A stretch of DNA of 64,000 nt from Bdellovibrionales bacterium (GCA_965237565.1 OZ250145.1:62023-126022), one strand, 5' to 3'. Counted from the stretch's first letter, positions 28,886-39,334 are shown. Notes: a model not told the origin generated them from the sequence alone. Program-made: numbers and translations.

Positions 28886-30457
28886 ATGAAGGAGAAGAAT
28901 GAAATGAAAAAAATGGAAATCAAATCTCACTACTATAAATACTGGACGGATCTCATAAGACCAAAGGGTTTTGACGTAGATAAAGACTCTCTCAGTTCTA
29001 CCTACGGCAAATTCCATATTCGACCGTTGGAAAGAGGTTACGGACTTACTTTGGGAAACGCAATTCGCCGAGTCCTCCTCAGTTCCATGATGGGTTCTGC
29101 CGTATCTGCCGTAAAATTTGATGGAATTTTACATGAATTTACTTCTATTCCCAACGTTTTAGAAGACGTAACGGACATCATTTTAAATCTGAAGCAAGTG
29201 CGTTTTCAGCAAGAAGACGCCGAAGACAAAAAAATGAAAATCAGTAAAGAGGGGCCAGGAAACGTAACGGCTAAGGATATTGAGTTGGTTTCTGGCATCG
29301 AGGTCATCAATCCCTCTCAAGTCATTGCAACGCTCGGGAAAAATGCCAAGTTTCGATGTGAAGTTTTGGTTACGTTTAACCGGGGTTATATTGAGTCTGA
29401 ACAGAAGAAAGAATATTTGCCCGTGGGATTCATTCCCATTGATTCCATTCATTCACCCATTCGTCGTGTAAACTACATGGTTGGTAACGCTCGTGTGGGG
29501 CAGAAAACAGATTACGACGCCCTCACTTTAGAAGTGTGGACGGATGGTTCTATCTCTCCAGAGCAAGCTGTCCCATTGGGATACAAAATTCTGAAAGAGC
29601 AAATTCAAGTTTTCATGAACTTTAATGAAGACATTGAGCCAAAAGAAAAACCGAGTAGCGAGAAAACCCCTCAAGTAAACAAAAATCTTTTTCGCCCTGT
29701 GGAGGATTTGGAATTATCTGTGCGGAGTGCAAACTGTTTGAAAAATGCTCGCATTCGATATATCGGAGATTTGGTTGTGAAAACAGAACAAGAAATGCTT
29801 AAGACAAAAAATTTTGGTAGAAAATCACTCAATGAAATCAAAGATATGATTAGAGAAATGGGCTTATCTCTTGGGATGATCGTGGAAGGTTGGCCTCCCA
29901 AAGACTTAAGCGCCTATGGAATGAAAAAAGAAGAAACAGATGATCCGCCGGCTTCCCCTTCTTTTACTTCTCCCATGCAAAACCAGAAGAGAAACCTAGA
30001 AGTAGGTACTCCATCTGGTTATGAAACTTCCCAACAATCTTCCGCTTCACAGCGTTTCACACAAGAGACACAAACTCCAACACAAACTCCAACACAAACT
30101 CCAACACAAACTCCAACACAAACTCCAACACAAACTCCAACACAAACTCCAACACAAACTCCACCTAAAGACACATACAGTTCACCGGAAGTAAAACTAG
30201 AAGGCGTAGGTAATGGTGATAACTTAGCGGCTTGGGGAGAAACCAAAAAACCTGAAGTGACAGCAGAAACAGAGGGTTATGTGGAAACCACAGCAATCTC
30301 AAAGCGAACAAACCTCTCTGAAAAGGAGAAAGAAGAAGTATTGAAGACTGAAAATGCTCAGGAAGATAAAGAAGCCACTTCAGCCTTGAAGAGTGCTTAT
30401 GAAGAAAGGGAGAAAAAAGACAACTCATCATCTGATTCCGATGGAAAAGAAGAATAA
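28886..30457 (+). CDS. rpoA: RNA polymerase alpha subunit with long C-terminal extension (alternative start 28904)
   Basis: [45 protein letters not shown]; ~180 extra residues after GWPP. Confidence 0.97.
   Translation: MKEKNEMKKMEIKSHYYKYWTDLIRPKGFDVDKDSLSSTYGKFHIRPLERGYGLTLGNAIRRVLLSSMMGSAVSAVKFDGILHEFTSIPNVLEDVTDIILNLKQVRFQQEDAEDKKMKISKEGPGNVTAKDIELVSGIEVINPSQVIATLGKNAKFRCEVLVTFNRGYIESEQKKEYLPVGFIPIDSIHSPIRRVNYMVGNARVGQKTDYDALTLEVWTDGSISPEQAVPLGYKILKEQIQVFMNFNEDIEPKEKPSSEKTPQVNKNLFRPVEDLELSVRSANCLKNARIRYIGDLVVKTEQEMLKTKNFGRKSLNEIKDMIREMGLSLGMIVEGWPPKDLSAYGMKKEETDDPPASPSFTSPMQNQKRNLEVGTPSGYETSQQSSASQRFTQETQTPTQTPTQTPTQTPTQTPTQTPTQTPTQTPPKDTYSSPEVKLEGVGNGDNLAAWGETKKPEVTAETEGYVETTAISKRTNLSEKEKEEVLKTENAQEDKEATSALKSAYEEREKKDNSSSDSDGKEE
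30068..30163 (+). repeat. Perfect 12-bp x8 in-frame tandem repeat in rpoA encoding (TQTP)8
   Basis: acacaaactcca repeated eight times with no mismatch. Confidence 0.97.
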
Positions 30458-30489
30458 GAAAAACTGGTAAGGAGATTTTTTAATCAATC

Positions 30490-31017
30490 ATGCGACATCG
30501 AATGCAAAAAAACCCTTCTTTTGGACGACATAGAGGCCCTCGTGAGGCTCTCATCAGAGGTTTGGTAAAAACTTTGGTAGAGAAGGAGAGAATCAAAACC
30601 ACTTTAGCAAAGGCTCGATGTTTACGTCCCTATATTGAAAGGGCTATCACGATAGGGAAAAAAGGAGATATTCATTCTCGACGAATCCTAGCTTCTCGCT
30701 ACCCAGATAAAAAAACTATTCAGAAAATCATCAAGGACCTATCTCCTCGTTTCATTAATAGACCTGGTGGCTTTACACGGATCATCAAACTGGGTCCTCG
30801 TCCGGGAGATCAAACTTCCTTGGCTTTTTTGGAATTCGTAGACTACAAAATGAAAGCTCCCGTAGTGAAAAAATCGAGCGAAGAGAAAAAAACAGCAAAA
30901 CCCGTCACAACACCAGAAGGAAAAAAAATCAAGAAGCAACAACAAAGAAAAATAGACACGAAAAGAAAACGAAAACGCCAACAAAGACAAAAATCCAGAC
31001 GGATCAATCGAGATTAA
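30490..31017 (+). CDS. rplQ: 50S ribosomal protein L17 with basic C-terminal tail
   Basis: MRHR, RIKTTLAKA, RPGGFTRIIKLGPRPGD. Confidence 0.97.
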   Translation: MRHRMQKNPSFGRHRGPREALIRGLVKTLVEKERIKTTLAKARCLRPYIERAITIGKKGDIHSRRILASRYPDKKTIQKIIKDLSPRFINRPGGFTRIIKLGPRPGDQTSLAFLEFVDYKMKAPVVKKSSEEKKTAKPVTTPEGKKIKKQQQRKIDTKRKRKRQQRQKSRRINRD

Positions 31018-31035
31018 TGTCGACTCTTACGAAAA

Positions 31036-31596
31036 ATGTTTAAATCCACGCGTTTTCTCATTGTCATTATATCTCTTCTCCTTTTGCTCCCAATAGGAGG
31101 AATATTTTTCTACCGATACTTACAGAAAAAAAATGAATTGCCAGAGCATATTCAAAAAATTCAAAATATAAAAAAGGGAGATATTCAACTCACTGTTTAT
31201 GATTTGAATGAGAATGCAATTCATATTTCTTCTTTTTTGGATAAAGTTTTGGTTATCAACTTATGGGCCACTTGGTGCGCTCCCTGCATTGAAGAACTCC
31301 CTTCCCTAAATAATTTGGCCAGAACTTTTCCAGATCAGCTAGTGATTTTGGCAATCTCGACAGAACGTACAGATGTGATTGAAAATTTTCTTATGGCTTT
31401 TCGAAATTTGCATTCCAATTTCATTCCAGCAAATGTAGACCAAAAGACTTTGCGAAAATCTTTCACTATGCGAGCTTTCCCAGAGACGTATATTTTGGAT
31501 AAAAATGGGAAGCTTTCTCACAAAATACTAGGTCCGCAGAAATGGGATTCTAAAAAATGGAAACAAAAAATCAAATTGCTTGTTGAAGCCGATTGA
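31036..31596 (+). CDS. TlpA/ResA-family membrane-anchored thiol:disulfide oxidoreductase
   Basis: N-terminal TM, NLWATWCAPCIEELPSL, FPETYILD. Confidence 0.9.
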   Translation: MFKSTRFLIVIISLLLLLPIGGIFFYRYLQKKNELPEHIQKIQNIKKGDIQLTVYDLNENAIHISSFLDKVLVINLWATWCAPCIEELPSLNNLARTFPDQLVILAISTERTDVIENFLMAFRNLHSNFIPANVDQKTLRKSFTMRAFPETYILDKNGKLSHKILGPQKWDSKKWKQKIKLLVEAD

Positions 31597-31612
31597 GACT
31601 TCATCTCTGGTC

Positions 31613-32263
31613 TTACACTTCTTGCATCAAGCTATCTTTGATGCGAGAAGAAACCTCCTCGGGGGAACCCTGTCCATCAATCTCAGTTAACAGGTTTTTG
31701 TCCTTGTAATAAGAAATCAAAGGAGCCGTCTGATCCAAGTAAGCTTGAAGCCTCGTTTGAACAACATCCTCTTTGTCGTCGTTTCTGTGTACCAATTTTT
31801 CACCCGTTTTATCACAAATGCCTTCGATTGTAGGGGGGGAAAATTGAATATGGTAAACATGACCGCTTTTCTCAGAGACTCGCCGGCCCACTAGCCTCTC
31901 AAGCAAAACAGATTTCGATACCTGTAAATGCAACACTCGATTGAGTTTCAAATCCATCTGAGATAACAATTCATCAAGAGCCTCCGCCTGAGCCAAAGTC
32001 CTCGGGAATCCATCAAAAATAAAATCCCTTTTTGAAGATTTTTTTAACAAAACCTCTTTGATCAATCCAATAACAACTGAATCTGGAACTAATTTGCCTT
32101 GATCCATATAAGAAGCTGCCTCCAAACCCAAGGCGCTTCTTTCTTTCACAGCTGAGCGAAAAAGATTGCCCGTACTGATGTGACGGAGCTGAAAATGGGA
32201 AATCAAATAACTAGATTGTGTCCCTTTCCCTGTTCCGGGAGCTCCAAAAAGAATGAGATTCAA
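31613..32263 (-). CDS. adk: Adenylate kinase
   Basis: GAPGTGKGTQ, HISTG, FDGFPRT, LID domain. Confidence 0.98.
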   Translation of the reverse strand: MNLILFGAPGTGKGTQSSYLISHFQLRHISTGNLFRSAVKERSALGLEAASYMDQGKLVPDSVVIGLIKEVLLKKSSKRDFIFDGFPRTLAQAEALDELLSQMDLKLNRVLHLQVSKSVLLERLVGRRVSEKSGHVYHIQFSPPTIEGICDKTGEKLVHRNDDKEDVVQTRLQAYLDQTAPLISYYKDKNLLTEIDGQGSPEEVSSRIKDSLMQEV

Positions 32264-32386
32264 ATTTCATCTCCCCAAGAAGTACATAGAAAAATTTTCC
32301 CTTCAAGTGACACATTTACAAAGGCATACACATTGCTGTGACAATTATACAAATATTGGTATGTCGGCTGCGTACATGTGGATACG

Positions 32387-33700
32387 TCAATATTGAACAC
32401 GACGACTCTTTACTCGTACACCTTTCATCAAGCCTTCATATCGAGCAGTCAAGAGATGGGACTGGATTTGTTGCGTGGTATCCAAGGCGACACCAACCAA
32501 AATCAAAAGACTGGTCCCTCCAAAATAAAAAGAGATACCCATTTCATTAATCAACAAGGTAGGAATGATACAAACGATGCTTAGATAGATAGAGCCAGCA
32601 ACTGTTAAACGATCCAAAATTCGTTTTACATAATCGGCCGTACTTTTGCCAGCACGAATACCCGGAACAAAACCACCATATTTTTTCAAATTATCAGATA
32701 CCTCGGTGGGATTAAAAACTGCCTCCGTATAAAAGAAGCAAAAGAAAACAATCAAAACGATAAATAAGATATTAAACAAAGAACCTTGAGGAGTCAGAAT
32801 GTTCCCCAGATTTTGCGCCCAAGGTTGATCCACGTACTGAGCCAAAGAGGCGGGGAAAAACAATAAGCTGGAAGCGAAAATAGGGGGGATGACACCTGCA
32901 AAATTCACTTTCAAAGGTAGATGAGAACCTTGGGTAGCCGGCTGCTTGCTCATGGACCTTTGCGAATACTGAATGGGAATTCTTCTTTGGCCTACCTCTA
33001 TGAAAATAATAATCCCCACAACCAAGAGCATAAATAAAATCAAGGCCAGGAAAATTCCATTGCTAATCTGGCCCTGTCCAATCATTCTAAAGAGATTCAT
33101 TGTAGCTGAAGGGATTCCCGCTGCAATACCAGCAAAAATAATCAAAGAAGCACCATTCCCCACACCCCTGTCGTTGATCTGTTCTCCAAGCCACATAATG
33201 AAACAAGCTCCAGCTGTCAGAGTAATGATCGTAAAGACTTCGAAAGAGAGAAATCCAATCATCGGACTGATCACCAAAGGACGACCGTCTGATGCAGTTT
33301 GTGTCAAAAGCATTTTTGCAAATCCATAACCCTGAACAATAGAAAACAAGATAGTGGAATAACGAGTGTATTGATTGATTTTTCTACGACCTGCCTCTCC
33401 CTCTTTCTTTAGTTGTTCCAGATAAGGAATACCTGTTTGAAGCAACTGGAAAACGATGGAAGCAGTAATATATGGCATGATCCCCAAGGCAAAAATACTA
33501 AATCTTTCTAAGGCGCCTCCCGTAAAAGTGTTGAGCATATTTAAAATGCCACCACCTTGGTTGGCAAAAAAAGCGAGTAGAGCTTCACGATCCACTCCGG
33601 GCGTTGGGACCTGCACGCCCACACGGTAAATAACTAGCACGGCTAAAGTGAAAAAGATTTTTTGCCTGAGTTCTTTCGGAAAAGACAAATTTTGCATCAT
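32387..33700 (-). CDS. secY: Preprotein translocase SecY
   Basis: FSIFALGIMPYITASI, WLGEQI, GNGASL, VIPPIFASS, PGIRAG, FGGTSLLI. Confidence 0.99.
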   Translation of the reverse strand: MMQNLSFPKELRQKIFFTLAVLVIYRVGVQVPTPGVDREALLAFFANQGGGILNMLNTFTGGALERFSIFALGIMPYITASIVFQLLQTGIPYLEQLKKEGEAGRRKINQYTRYSTILFSIVQGYGFAKMLLTQTASDGRPLVISPMIGFLSFEVFTIITLTAGACFIMWLGEQINDRGVGNGASLIIFAGIAAGIPSATMNLFRMIGQGQISNGIFLALILFMLLVVGIIIFIEVGQRRIPIQYSQRSMSKQPATQGSHLPLKVNFAGVIPPIFASSLLFFPASLAQYVDQPWAQNLGNILTPQGSLFNILFIVLIVFFCFFYTEAVFNPTEVSDNLKKYGGFVPGIRAGKSTADYVKRILDRLTVAGSIYLSIVCIIPTLLINEMGISFYFGGTSLLILVGVALDTTQQIQSHLLTARYEGLMKGVRVKSRRVQY

Positions 33701-34182
33701 GAACGCACGTTTCCGCCCGGTTTCTGAATAGAAGCTGAACGCATATTGATAACTTCTGCATGGCCACCAGCTTTTTCAATCAAATTTTTCGCCGACTGAG
33801 TAAACTTGTGAGCCTTCACTGTAATAGATTTGTTTAATTTTCCTTTGGTCACAATCTTAATCAAGGATCTTTTCCTTACCAACCCCGCTTTACACAAACT
33901 GGAAGGATCTACTTCAGAACCAAACCGGTTCAAATCTGAAAGACCTACGAGATCATAATGAGTTTTGAAACGTTTGTTGGTAAATCCAAATTTTGGCAAG
34001 CGACGAACCAGTGGAACTTGCCCCCCTTCAAAACCTCTTTTCAAACTGAAACCAGAACGAGATTTTTGGCCTTTGTGTCCCTTGGTAGAAGTGCCTCCGC
34101 GACCACTTCCTATTCCTCTTCCCAAACGACGCCTTTTCTGACGAGAACCGGGAGCAGGTTTTAATTGAGCCAAAATATTCAT
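33697..34182 (-). CDS. rplO: 50S ribosomal protein L15
   Basis: GRGIGSG, GHKGQKSRSG, FEGGQVPL.RRLPK.GF. Confidence 0.98.
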   Translation of the reverse strand: MNILAQLKPAPGSRQKRRRLGRGIGSGRGGTSTKGHKGQKSRSGFSLKRGFEGGQVPLVRRLPKFGFTNKRFKTHYDLVGLSDLNRFGSEVDPSSLCKAGLVRKRSLIKIVTKGKLNKSITVKAHKFTQSAKNLIEKAGGHAEVINMRSASIQKPGGNVRS

Positions 34183-34186
34183 ATCA

Positions 34187-34375
34187 TCACTCCTTATCTA
34201 CAGACTCCACAGACAAAAGATGCTTCACTTTGTTGATCTGCCCTTGTACCGCCGAGTGGGAAGAAAGCACAACAGATTGGCCAATTTTTCTCAAGCCCAA
34301 ACATCTCACAGCTGCCTTTTGTTGTTTTGTACTGCCAATTAAACTTCTTTTCAGAACGACCTTTACCTGACTCAT
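34187..34375 (-). CDS. rpmD: 50S ribosomal protein L30
   Basis: [25 protein letters not shown]; operon position. Confidence 0.95.
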   Translation of the reverse strand: MSQVKVVLKRSLIGSTKQQKAAVRCLGLRKIGQSVVLSSHSAVQGQINKVKHLLSVESVDKE

Positions 34376-34947
34376 TCTTTCACCTTTTGTTTTTCTTCAT
34401 GTTCTTTCTCACTCGAATCTTTTTCGTTCACTAGCTTTTTTTCTTTTTTCGATGCAAAAAATTTCTTATTTTCATTCACATGTTCTTCCATCAAAATCAA
34501 CTGTTTCAAACCATTGAGAGTCGCATTCACGACATTGCGAGGATTACGACTGCCAATTCTTTTTGTCAGTATGTCTTTTACACCGATACATTCAAGCACA
34601 GCCCGAACCGGACCGCCAGCAATCACCCCTGTTCCGGCAGAGGCAGGCCTCATGATCACAGAAGAAGCACCAAACTTCCCAGTAATCTCATAAGGGATGG
34701 TTCTTTGATCTTTTAAAAACACTTTTATGAAAGATTTCCTCGCAAGGCGGGTAGCTTTGTTAATTGACTCAGGAACTTCACTCGCTTTTCCCGTGCCAAC
34801 ACCCACTTGGCCTTTTCCATCCCCTACTACCACCAATGCGGAAAAAGAAAATCGGCGCCCACCCTTTACCACTTTCGTGACGCGATTGATGGTCACCACT
34901 CTTTCATTAAACTTTTCTTGCGTGTTTTGCCGTCTTTGTACTTGCAA
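34372..34947 (-). CDS. rpsE: 30S ribosomal protein S5 with charged C-terminal tail
   Basis: [30 protein letters not shown]. Confidence 0.98.
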   Translation of the reverse strand: MQVQRRQNTQEKFNERVVTINRVTKVVKGGRRFSFSALVVVGDGKGQVGVGTGKASEVPESINKATRLARKSFIKVFLKDQRTIPYEITGKFGASSVIMRPASAGTGVIAGGPVRAVLECIGVKDILTKRIGSRNPRNVVNATLNGLKQLILMEEHVNENKKFFASKKEKKLVNEKDSSEKEHEEKQKVKE

Positions 34948-34955
34948 AATTCCCC

Positions 34956-35327
34956 CTAAAAAATCAAACCATTCGAGCGAGCTGCATCGGCCAAAGCCTT
35001 GACTCGACCATGATAAAGAAAACCATTTCGATCAAAAACCACTTTTTGAATTTTTTTTGTTTGTGCCAATTTCGCTATCTTTTTTCCAAGCGCTCCAGCA
35101 CCCTTGCAATTTGCTTTCTCTCCTTCCAAGAGAAGAGTGCTAGACTCCGTCAACACATGGCCAGAAACGTCATCCACAAGCTGTGCATAAATGTGCTTTT
35201 GAGAACGAAACACCACCAATCGAGGTCTTTCCTTTGTACCGAAAATTTTTTTCCTCAAACGAGCTTTATTTCTCAATCGCCTTTTCAACTTCAAAGGCAT
35301 ATTTTTATGAATCTCAATACGAATCAT
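34956..35327 (-). CDS. rplR: 50S ribosomal protein L18
   Basis: [33 protein letters not shown]. Confidence 0.98.
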   Translation of the reverse strand: MIRIEIHKNMPLKLKRRLRNKARLRKKIFGTKERPRLVVFRSQKHIYAQLVDDVSGHVLTESSTLLLEGEKANCKGAGALGKKIAKLAQTKKIQKVVFDRNGFLYHGRVKALADAARSNGLIF

Positions 35328-35329
35328 TT

Positions 35330-35872
35330 TTATTTGTCTCCACTCGATTTTCCCGCTTTGCGGCGAATGACCTCATCACTATAACGAATTCCCTTCCCTA
35401 AATAAGGTTCCGGTTTTCTCCAACTTCTAATCTTGGCAGAAAATTGACCGACTATGGCTCGATCCGCTCCCGATATGATAATACTACTCTTCTCTACTTT
35501 TACTGTGATTCCTTCTGGAATCTCCATTTTCACGGGATGAGAATATCCCAGCTTCATATTCAAAAATTTACCAGACACGCTGGCTTTATAACCCACCCCT
35601 TTGAAAAGAAGAATTTTCTTCCAACCCTCAGATACACCCACCACAGCATTATGAATCAACATACGATAAAGACCATGATAGCAACGACTTTTGATTTCAT
35701 TATTTTTACGCAACAAAACAACTGTCCCATCTTTTACCTGCACCGATATCACTGGATTCACTGAAATCTTTAAAAGAGTTTGTGCCGATTTTACACTCAC
35801 CTCATTGTCCTTGCTTACCTGAACTTCTACTCCGCTGACAATTGTAACTGGCTTTTTTCCAATTCTAGACAT
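35330..35872 (-). CDS. rplF: 50S ribosomal protein L6
   Basis: [31 protein letters not shown]. Confidence 0.98.
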   Translation of the reverse strand: MSRIGKKPVTIVSGVEVQVSKDNEVSVKSAQTLLKISVNPVISVQVKDGTVVLLRKNNEIKSRCYHGLYRMLIHNAVVGVSEGWKKILLFKGVGYKASVSGKFLNMKLGYSHPVKMEIPEGITVKVEKSSIIISGADRAIVGQFSAKIRSWRKPEPYLGKGIRYSDEVIRRKAGKSSGDK

Positions 35873-35883
35873 TTTTCAACTCC

Positions 35884-36273
35884 TCAATACACACGGCACA
35901 AAACTTCGCCACCCACATTGGATTGCTTAGCGAATTTTCCGCTCAAAATACCTTTGTTCGTACTCAATACCAAAAGACCATAACCAGAAAGTACTTCTGG
36001 GATTTGGCTAGATCTTAGATATTGACGACAGGAAGATTTACTGACTCGGTCAATTTTCTGGATGGCTGGACGGCCTTGTTCATTATATTTTAAATAAATT
36101 CTCATAATGCCTTGCTTGCCATCGTCCACGATTTTGTAATTTTTAATATAGCCATGAAGTTTTAATTGTTCTGCAATTCCTTCCTGCATTTTGGAACTGG
36201 GGATGTCCACCTTTTTGTGCTTTGCCAAAACAGCGTTTCTAATTCGAGTGCAAAATTGACTAATTGTATCCAT
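35884..36273 (-). CDS. rpsH: 30S ribosomal protein S8
   Basis: TRIRNA, GYIKNY, LSTNKG, GGEVLCRVY. Confidence 0.97.
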   Translation of the reverse strand: MDTISQFCTRIRNAVLAKHKKVDIPSSKMQEGIAEQLKLHGYIKNYKIVDDGKQGIMRIYLKYNEQGRPAIQKIDRVSKSSCRQYLRSSQIPEVLSGYGLLVLSTNKGILSGKFAKQSNVGGEVLCRVY

Positions 36274-36293
36274 TTTTTAAAAAACTCTCTCCA

Positions 36294-36836
36294 TTAATTC
36301 TTTTTAAAAGGCATGCCCAAGGACTCTAACAAAACACGGGCCTGTTGATCCGTATTCGCAGTTGTGCAAATTGTGATATTCATCCCGCGAATCACATCCA
36401 CCTTATCATAATCCACCTCTGGAAAAATGATTTGCTCCTTAATACCCATACTGTAATTTCCATGACCATCAAAGCTTTTTGGCGACAAGCCCCTAAAATC
36501 TCTAACTTGTGGAAGAGAAAAGTGAATCAGTCGCTCCAAAAAAGTCCACATTCTTTCGGATCGTAATGTCACACAGACTCCAAGGGGAACTCCCTTTCTG
36601 AGCTTAAAATTAGCTATCGCTTTTTTGGCCTTTGTGATCACCGCTTTTTGACCAGCAATCAGAGAAAGATCTCTAGCAACATTGGTAAGAATTTTTGGTG
36701 TTTTTACCGCTTGTGGAATACACATATTCAAAACAATTTTTTGAACGGTCGGGACCTGCATCAAATTGCTAAAGGCCAATTTTTTTTTCAATTCAAATTT
36801 TATTTTTTTTGCATATTGCACTTGGATCAAGCTCAT
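36294..36836 (-). CDS. rplE: 50S ribosomal protein L5
   Basis: KIVLNM, GQKAVITKAKK, FKLRKG, RDFRG, FDGHGNY. Confidence 0.98.
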   Translation of the reverse strand: MSLIQVQYAKKIKFELKKKLAFSNLMQVPTVQKIVLNMCIPQAVKTPKILTNVARDLSLIAGQKAVITKAKKAIANFKLRKGVPLGVCVTLRSERMWTFLERLIHFSLPQVRDFRGLSPKSFDGHGNYSMGIKEQIIFPEVDYDKVDVIRGMNITICTTANTDQQARVLLESLGMPFKKN

Positions 36837-37204
36837 TACAAAACCTCCTGAGCCATTGAGATAATTTTAATGAAACTCTTGGCTCTCAGTTCCCTAGCGA
36901 CAGGACCGAAAATACGAGTCCCAACAGGCTCTTTGTTGTTATTAATAAGAACTGCAGAATTTTCATCAAAACGAATGGAAGTACCGTCCGAACGTTGAAT
37001 CTTTTGGACAGTTCTTACGATCACTGCACGTGACATATCTCCTTTTTTCACCTTTGAGTTGGGCAAAGCATTCTTCACCGAAACCACAATAATATCTCCA
37101 ATACCAGCTGTACGTCTACGGGATCCTCCAAGCACCTTTATACACTGAACGATGCGGGCTCCAGAATTGTCAGCTACTTTCAAACGAGATTGCATCTGAA
37201 TCAT
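36836..37204 (-). CDS. rplN: 50S ribosomal protein L14
   Basis: [29 protein letters not shown]. Confidence 0.99.
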   Translation of the reverse strand: MIQMQSRLKVADNSGARIVQCIKVLGGSRRRTAGIGDIIVVSVKNALPNSKVKKGDMSRAVIVRTVQKIQRSDGTSIRFDENSAVLINNNKEPVGTRIFGPVARELRAKSFIKIISMAQEVL

Positions 37205-37476
37205 AACTCCGGTCCCTGTTGGTTTTGCTCCACAATTTCAAACAATTTCCACCTTTTTGTTTTACTCACCGGACGAGTTTTATAAATTTTTACAACGTCG
37301 CCTATTTTTGCCTGATTCTTCTCATCATGGACCTTAAAAACAGACTTCCTGCGAATATATTTTTTGTACTTCGAGTGCTTCATCAAGCGGTAAATCAAAA
37401 CAGAGATAGTCTTGTCTGCTTTATCAGAAATAACCTGACCTTTTACAATATTGATCTGACCACGAGTTTTTTCCAT
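37201..37476 (-). CDS. rpsQ: 30S ribosomal protein S17
   Basis: [26 protein letters not shown]. Confidence 0.97.
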   Translation of the reverse strand: MEKTRGQINIVKGQVISDKADKTISVLIYRLMKHSKYKKYIRRKSVFKVHDEKNQAKIGDVVKIYKTRPVSKTKRWKLFEIVEQNQQGPEL

Positions 37477-37914
37477 CTATGAATCTTCCTTTTTTATCTT
37501 GAGAAAATCAAACCACCCTTTTTTCTTTTTGGGCTGAGAAGATTTGTCCTCTGTTGCTTTTTTTTTCTCTATTGTTTCTTTACGTTTTTTCAATTTCAAT
37601 TTTTCAGCCTGCAAGATTTGCACTTGTTTTTCTTTTTTGACTTGTGCTTGTTTTTTAAATGAAAGTTTTTGCATTTTCTGTTTTGGCAACTCCGAAGAAG
37701 GAGTCTCCTTTGGTTTTTTGATCACAATTTTTGGCAAACCAGATAAAGCGGTTTGTATCCTAGAGATATCATGCTTGAAATTTCTCAGTTCCATCACATT
37801 GGAAAGTCTTTGCATTTTGTGTTTGATTTTTGCATTGAACAAATTTTGCCTCATTTGCACCAAACGTTTTCTCAGCTCTTGCTCTTGCAAATTTTTTATT
37901 TCTTCATATTTCAT
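37477..37914 (-). CDS. rpmC: 50S ribosomal protein L29 with ~85 aa basic C-terminal extension
   Basis: Located between rplP and rpsQ; first ~60 aa are L29-like (EL...L..LFN.K....L.N...LR..K.DISRIQT). Confidence 0.9.
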   Translation of the reverse strand: MKYEEIKNLQEQELRKRLVQMRQNLFNAKIKHKMQRLSNVMELRNFKHDISRIQTALSGLPKIVIKKPKETPSSELPKQKMQKLSFKKQAQVKKEKQVQILQAEKLKLKKRKETIEKKKATEDKSSQPKKKKGWFDFLKIKKEDS

Positions 37915-37918
37915 TGGA

Positions 37919-38326
37919 TCATATCCTAGCTAAAAACCTAGTTTTAAATGGCAGTTTATGAGAAGCCAAACGGAAAGCTTCACGAGCTTGCTCCGAAGTG
38001 ACCCCCTCAATTTCAAACAAAATTCGACCCGGTTTTATCATGGCCACCCAAAATTCCATGTTTCCTTTTCCAGAACCCATCCGCACTCCTATTGGTTTTT
38101 TTGAGATCGGCTTATCGGGAAAGATTCGTATCCATACCTTCCCTCCTCGTTTGATGGAACGAGAAATAGCGATACGACTGGCTTCAATTTGACGATCTGT
38201 CATTCGACCTGCCGACAAACTGACCAAGCCAAAATCACCAAAAGAAAGTTCTGTACCTCTTTTGGCTTGTCCTCGCAATCTCCCTCGATGGATTTTTCTC
38301 CATTTCATTTTCTTAGGACTTAACAC
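37919..38326 (-). CDS. rplP: 50S ribosomal protein L16
   Basis: [32 protein letters not shown]. Confidence 0.98.
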   Translation of the reverse strand: MLSPKKMKWRKIHRGRLRGQAKRGTELSFGDFGLVSLSAGRMTDRQIEASRIAISRSIKRGGKVWIRIFPDKPISKKPIGVRMGSGKGNMEFWVAMIKPGRILFEIEGVTSEQAREAFRLASHKLPFKTRFLARI

Positions 38327-38981
38327 TTTTTTCCACTCCTGAAATTTCCTTTATCAAATAAACATCCCCATAGTAGATCCAAACTTTCACACCAATCATT
38401 CCATAAGTTGTGAGTGCTTCCGCGAAGCCATAATCAATGTTGGCTCGCAAAGTGTGAAGAGGAACACTTTTTTCGTTGTACCACTCTGAACGGGCAATCT
38501 CCGCACCATCCAAACGACCCGAAACACGAATCTTGATGCCTCTCACCCCTTGACGAATCGCCGCGACAATTGCCTTCTTTAGAGATCGTCTCCAAGAAAC
38601 TCTTTTCTGGAGTTGCAAGGCAATGTTTTCCGCAACTAACTGGCTGTCCATGTCTGGTTTTCTCACTTCTTGAATGCTGACGGACACTTTGTTTTTTGTC
38701 TGCTTTTGAATGTCTTTTTCCAAAGCATCAATGCCCACTCCCTTTTTGCCGATAACAAAACCCGGACGAGCTGTGAAGATTGTCAGCTTGATTTGCTCTC
38801 CAGTTCTCTCAATTTCAATCTTTGAAACACCTGAATTTTTGAGCTTGTTCTTCACATAGCGACGAAGACGATAATCTTCATAAATATTATCCGCAAACTT
38901 CTGCCCAGAAGCATACCATTTGGAATCCCAGTTACGAATGACACCCACTCTTAATCCAATAGGACTTACCTTCTGACCCAT
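38313..38981 (-). CDS. rpsC: 30S ribosomal protein S3
   Basis: [37 protein letters not shown]. Confidence 0.99.
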   Translation of the reverse strand: MGQKVSPIGLRVGVIRNWDSKWYASGQKFADNIYEDYRLRRYVKNKLKNSGVSKIEIERTGEQIKLTIFTARPGFVIGKKGVGIDALEKDIQKQTKNKVSVSIQEVRKPDMDSQLVAENIALQLQKRVSWRRSLKKAIVAAIRQGVRGIKIRVSGRLDGAEIARSEWYNEKSVPLHTLRANIDYGFAEALTTYGMIGVKVWIYYGDVYLIKEISGVEKSVKS

Positions 38982-38983
38982 TA

Positions 38984-39316
38984 TTACCTCTCGTCTAGTA
39001 CAATATAAACATGGCTTTGCTTTTTCTTTCTCCGAGCCGCTTGACCTTTAGAGTCCGGACGAAACCTTTTTAAATGTGGCCCCTGATTAACATAAATATT
39101 TTTAATATAGAGATTATCTATATCAATTGTTTTTCTACTTTCAGCGTTGGCCACTGCTGATTGAAGCAAAGACTTAATCAAATCTGCTGATTTTTTCTTG
39201 GAAATGGAAAGCAATCCGAGAGCCTCATTCACACCCTTTCCACGAACCAAATCTGCTACCAAGCGGGCTCTTTGAGTTCCCACTCCTACATACTTTAAAG
39301 ACGCCTTTAATGCCAT
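38984..39316 (-). CDS. rplV: 50S ribosomal protein L22
   Basis: ARLVADLVRGK, SAVANAE, GPHLKRFRP. Confidence 0.97.
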   Translation of the reverse strand: MALKASLKYVGVGTQRARLVADLVRGKGVNEALGLLSISKKKSADLIKSLLQSAVANAESRKTIDIDNLYIKNIYVNQGPHLKRFRPDSKGQAARRKKKQSHVYIVLDER

Positions 39317-39334
39317 GAAACAATTCTCCTGTAA

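Noticed and set aside
30019-30246. Minus-strand ORF with (VCVG)n repeat
   Set aside because: Antisense reading of the rpoA 12-bp repeat.
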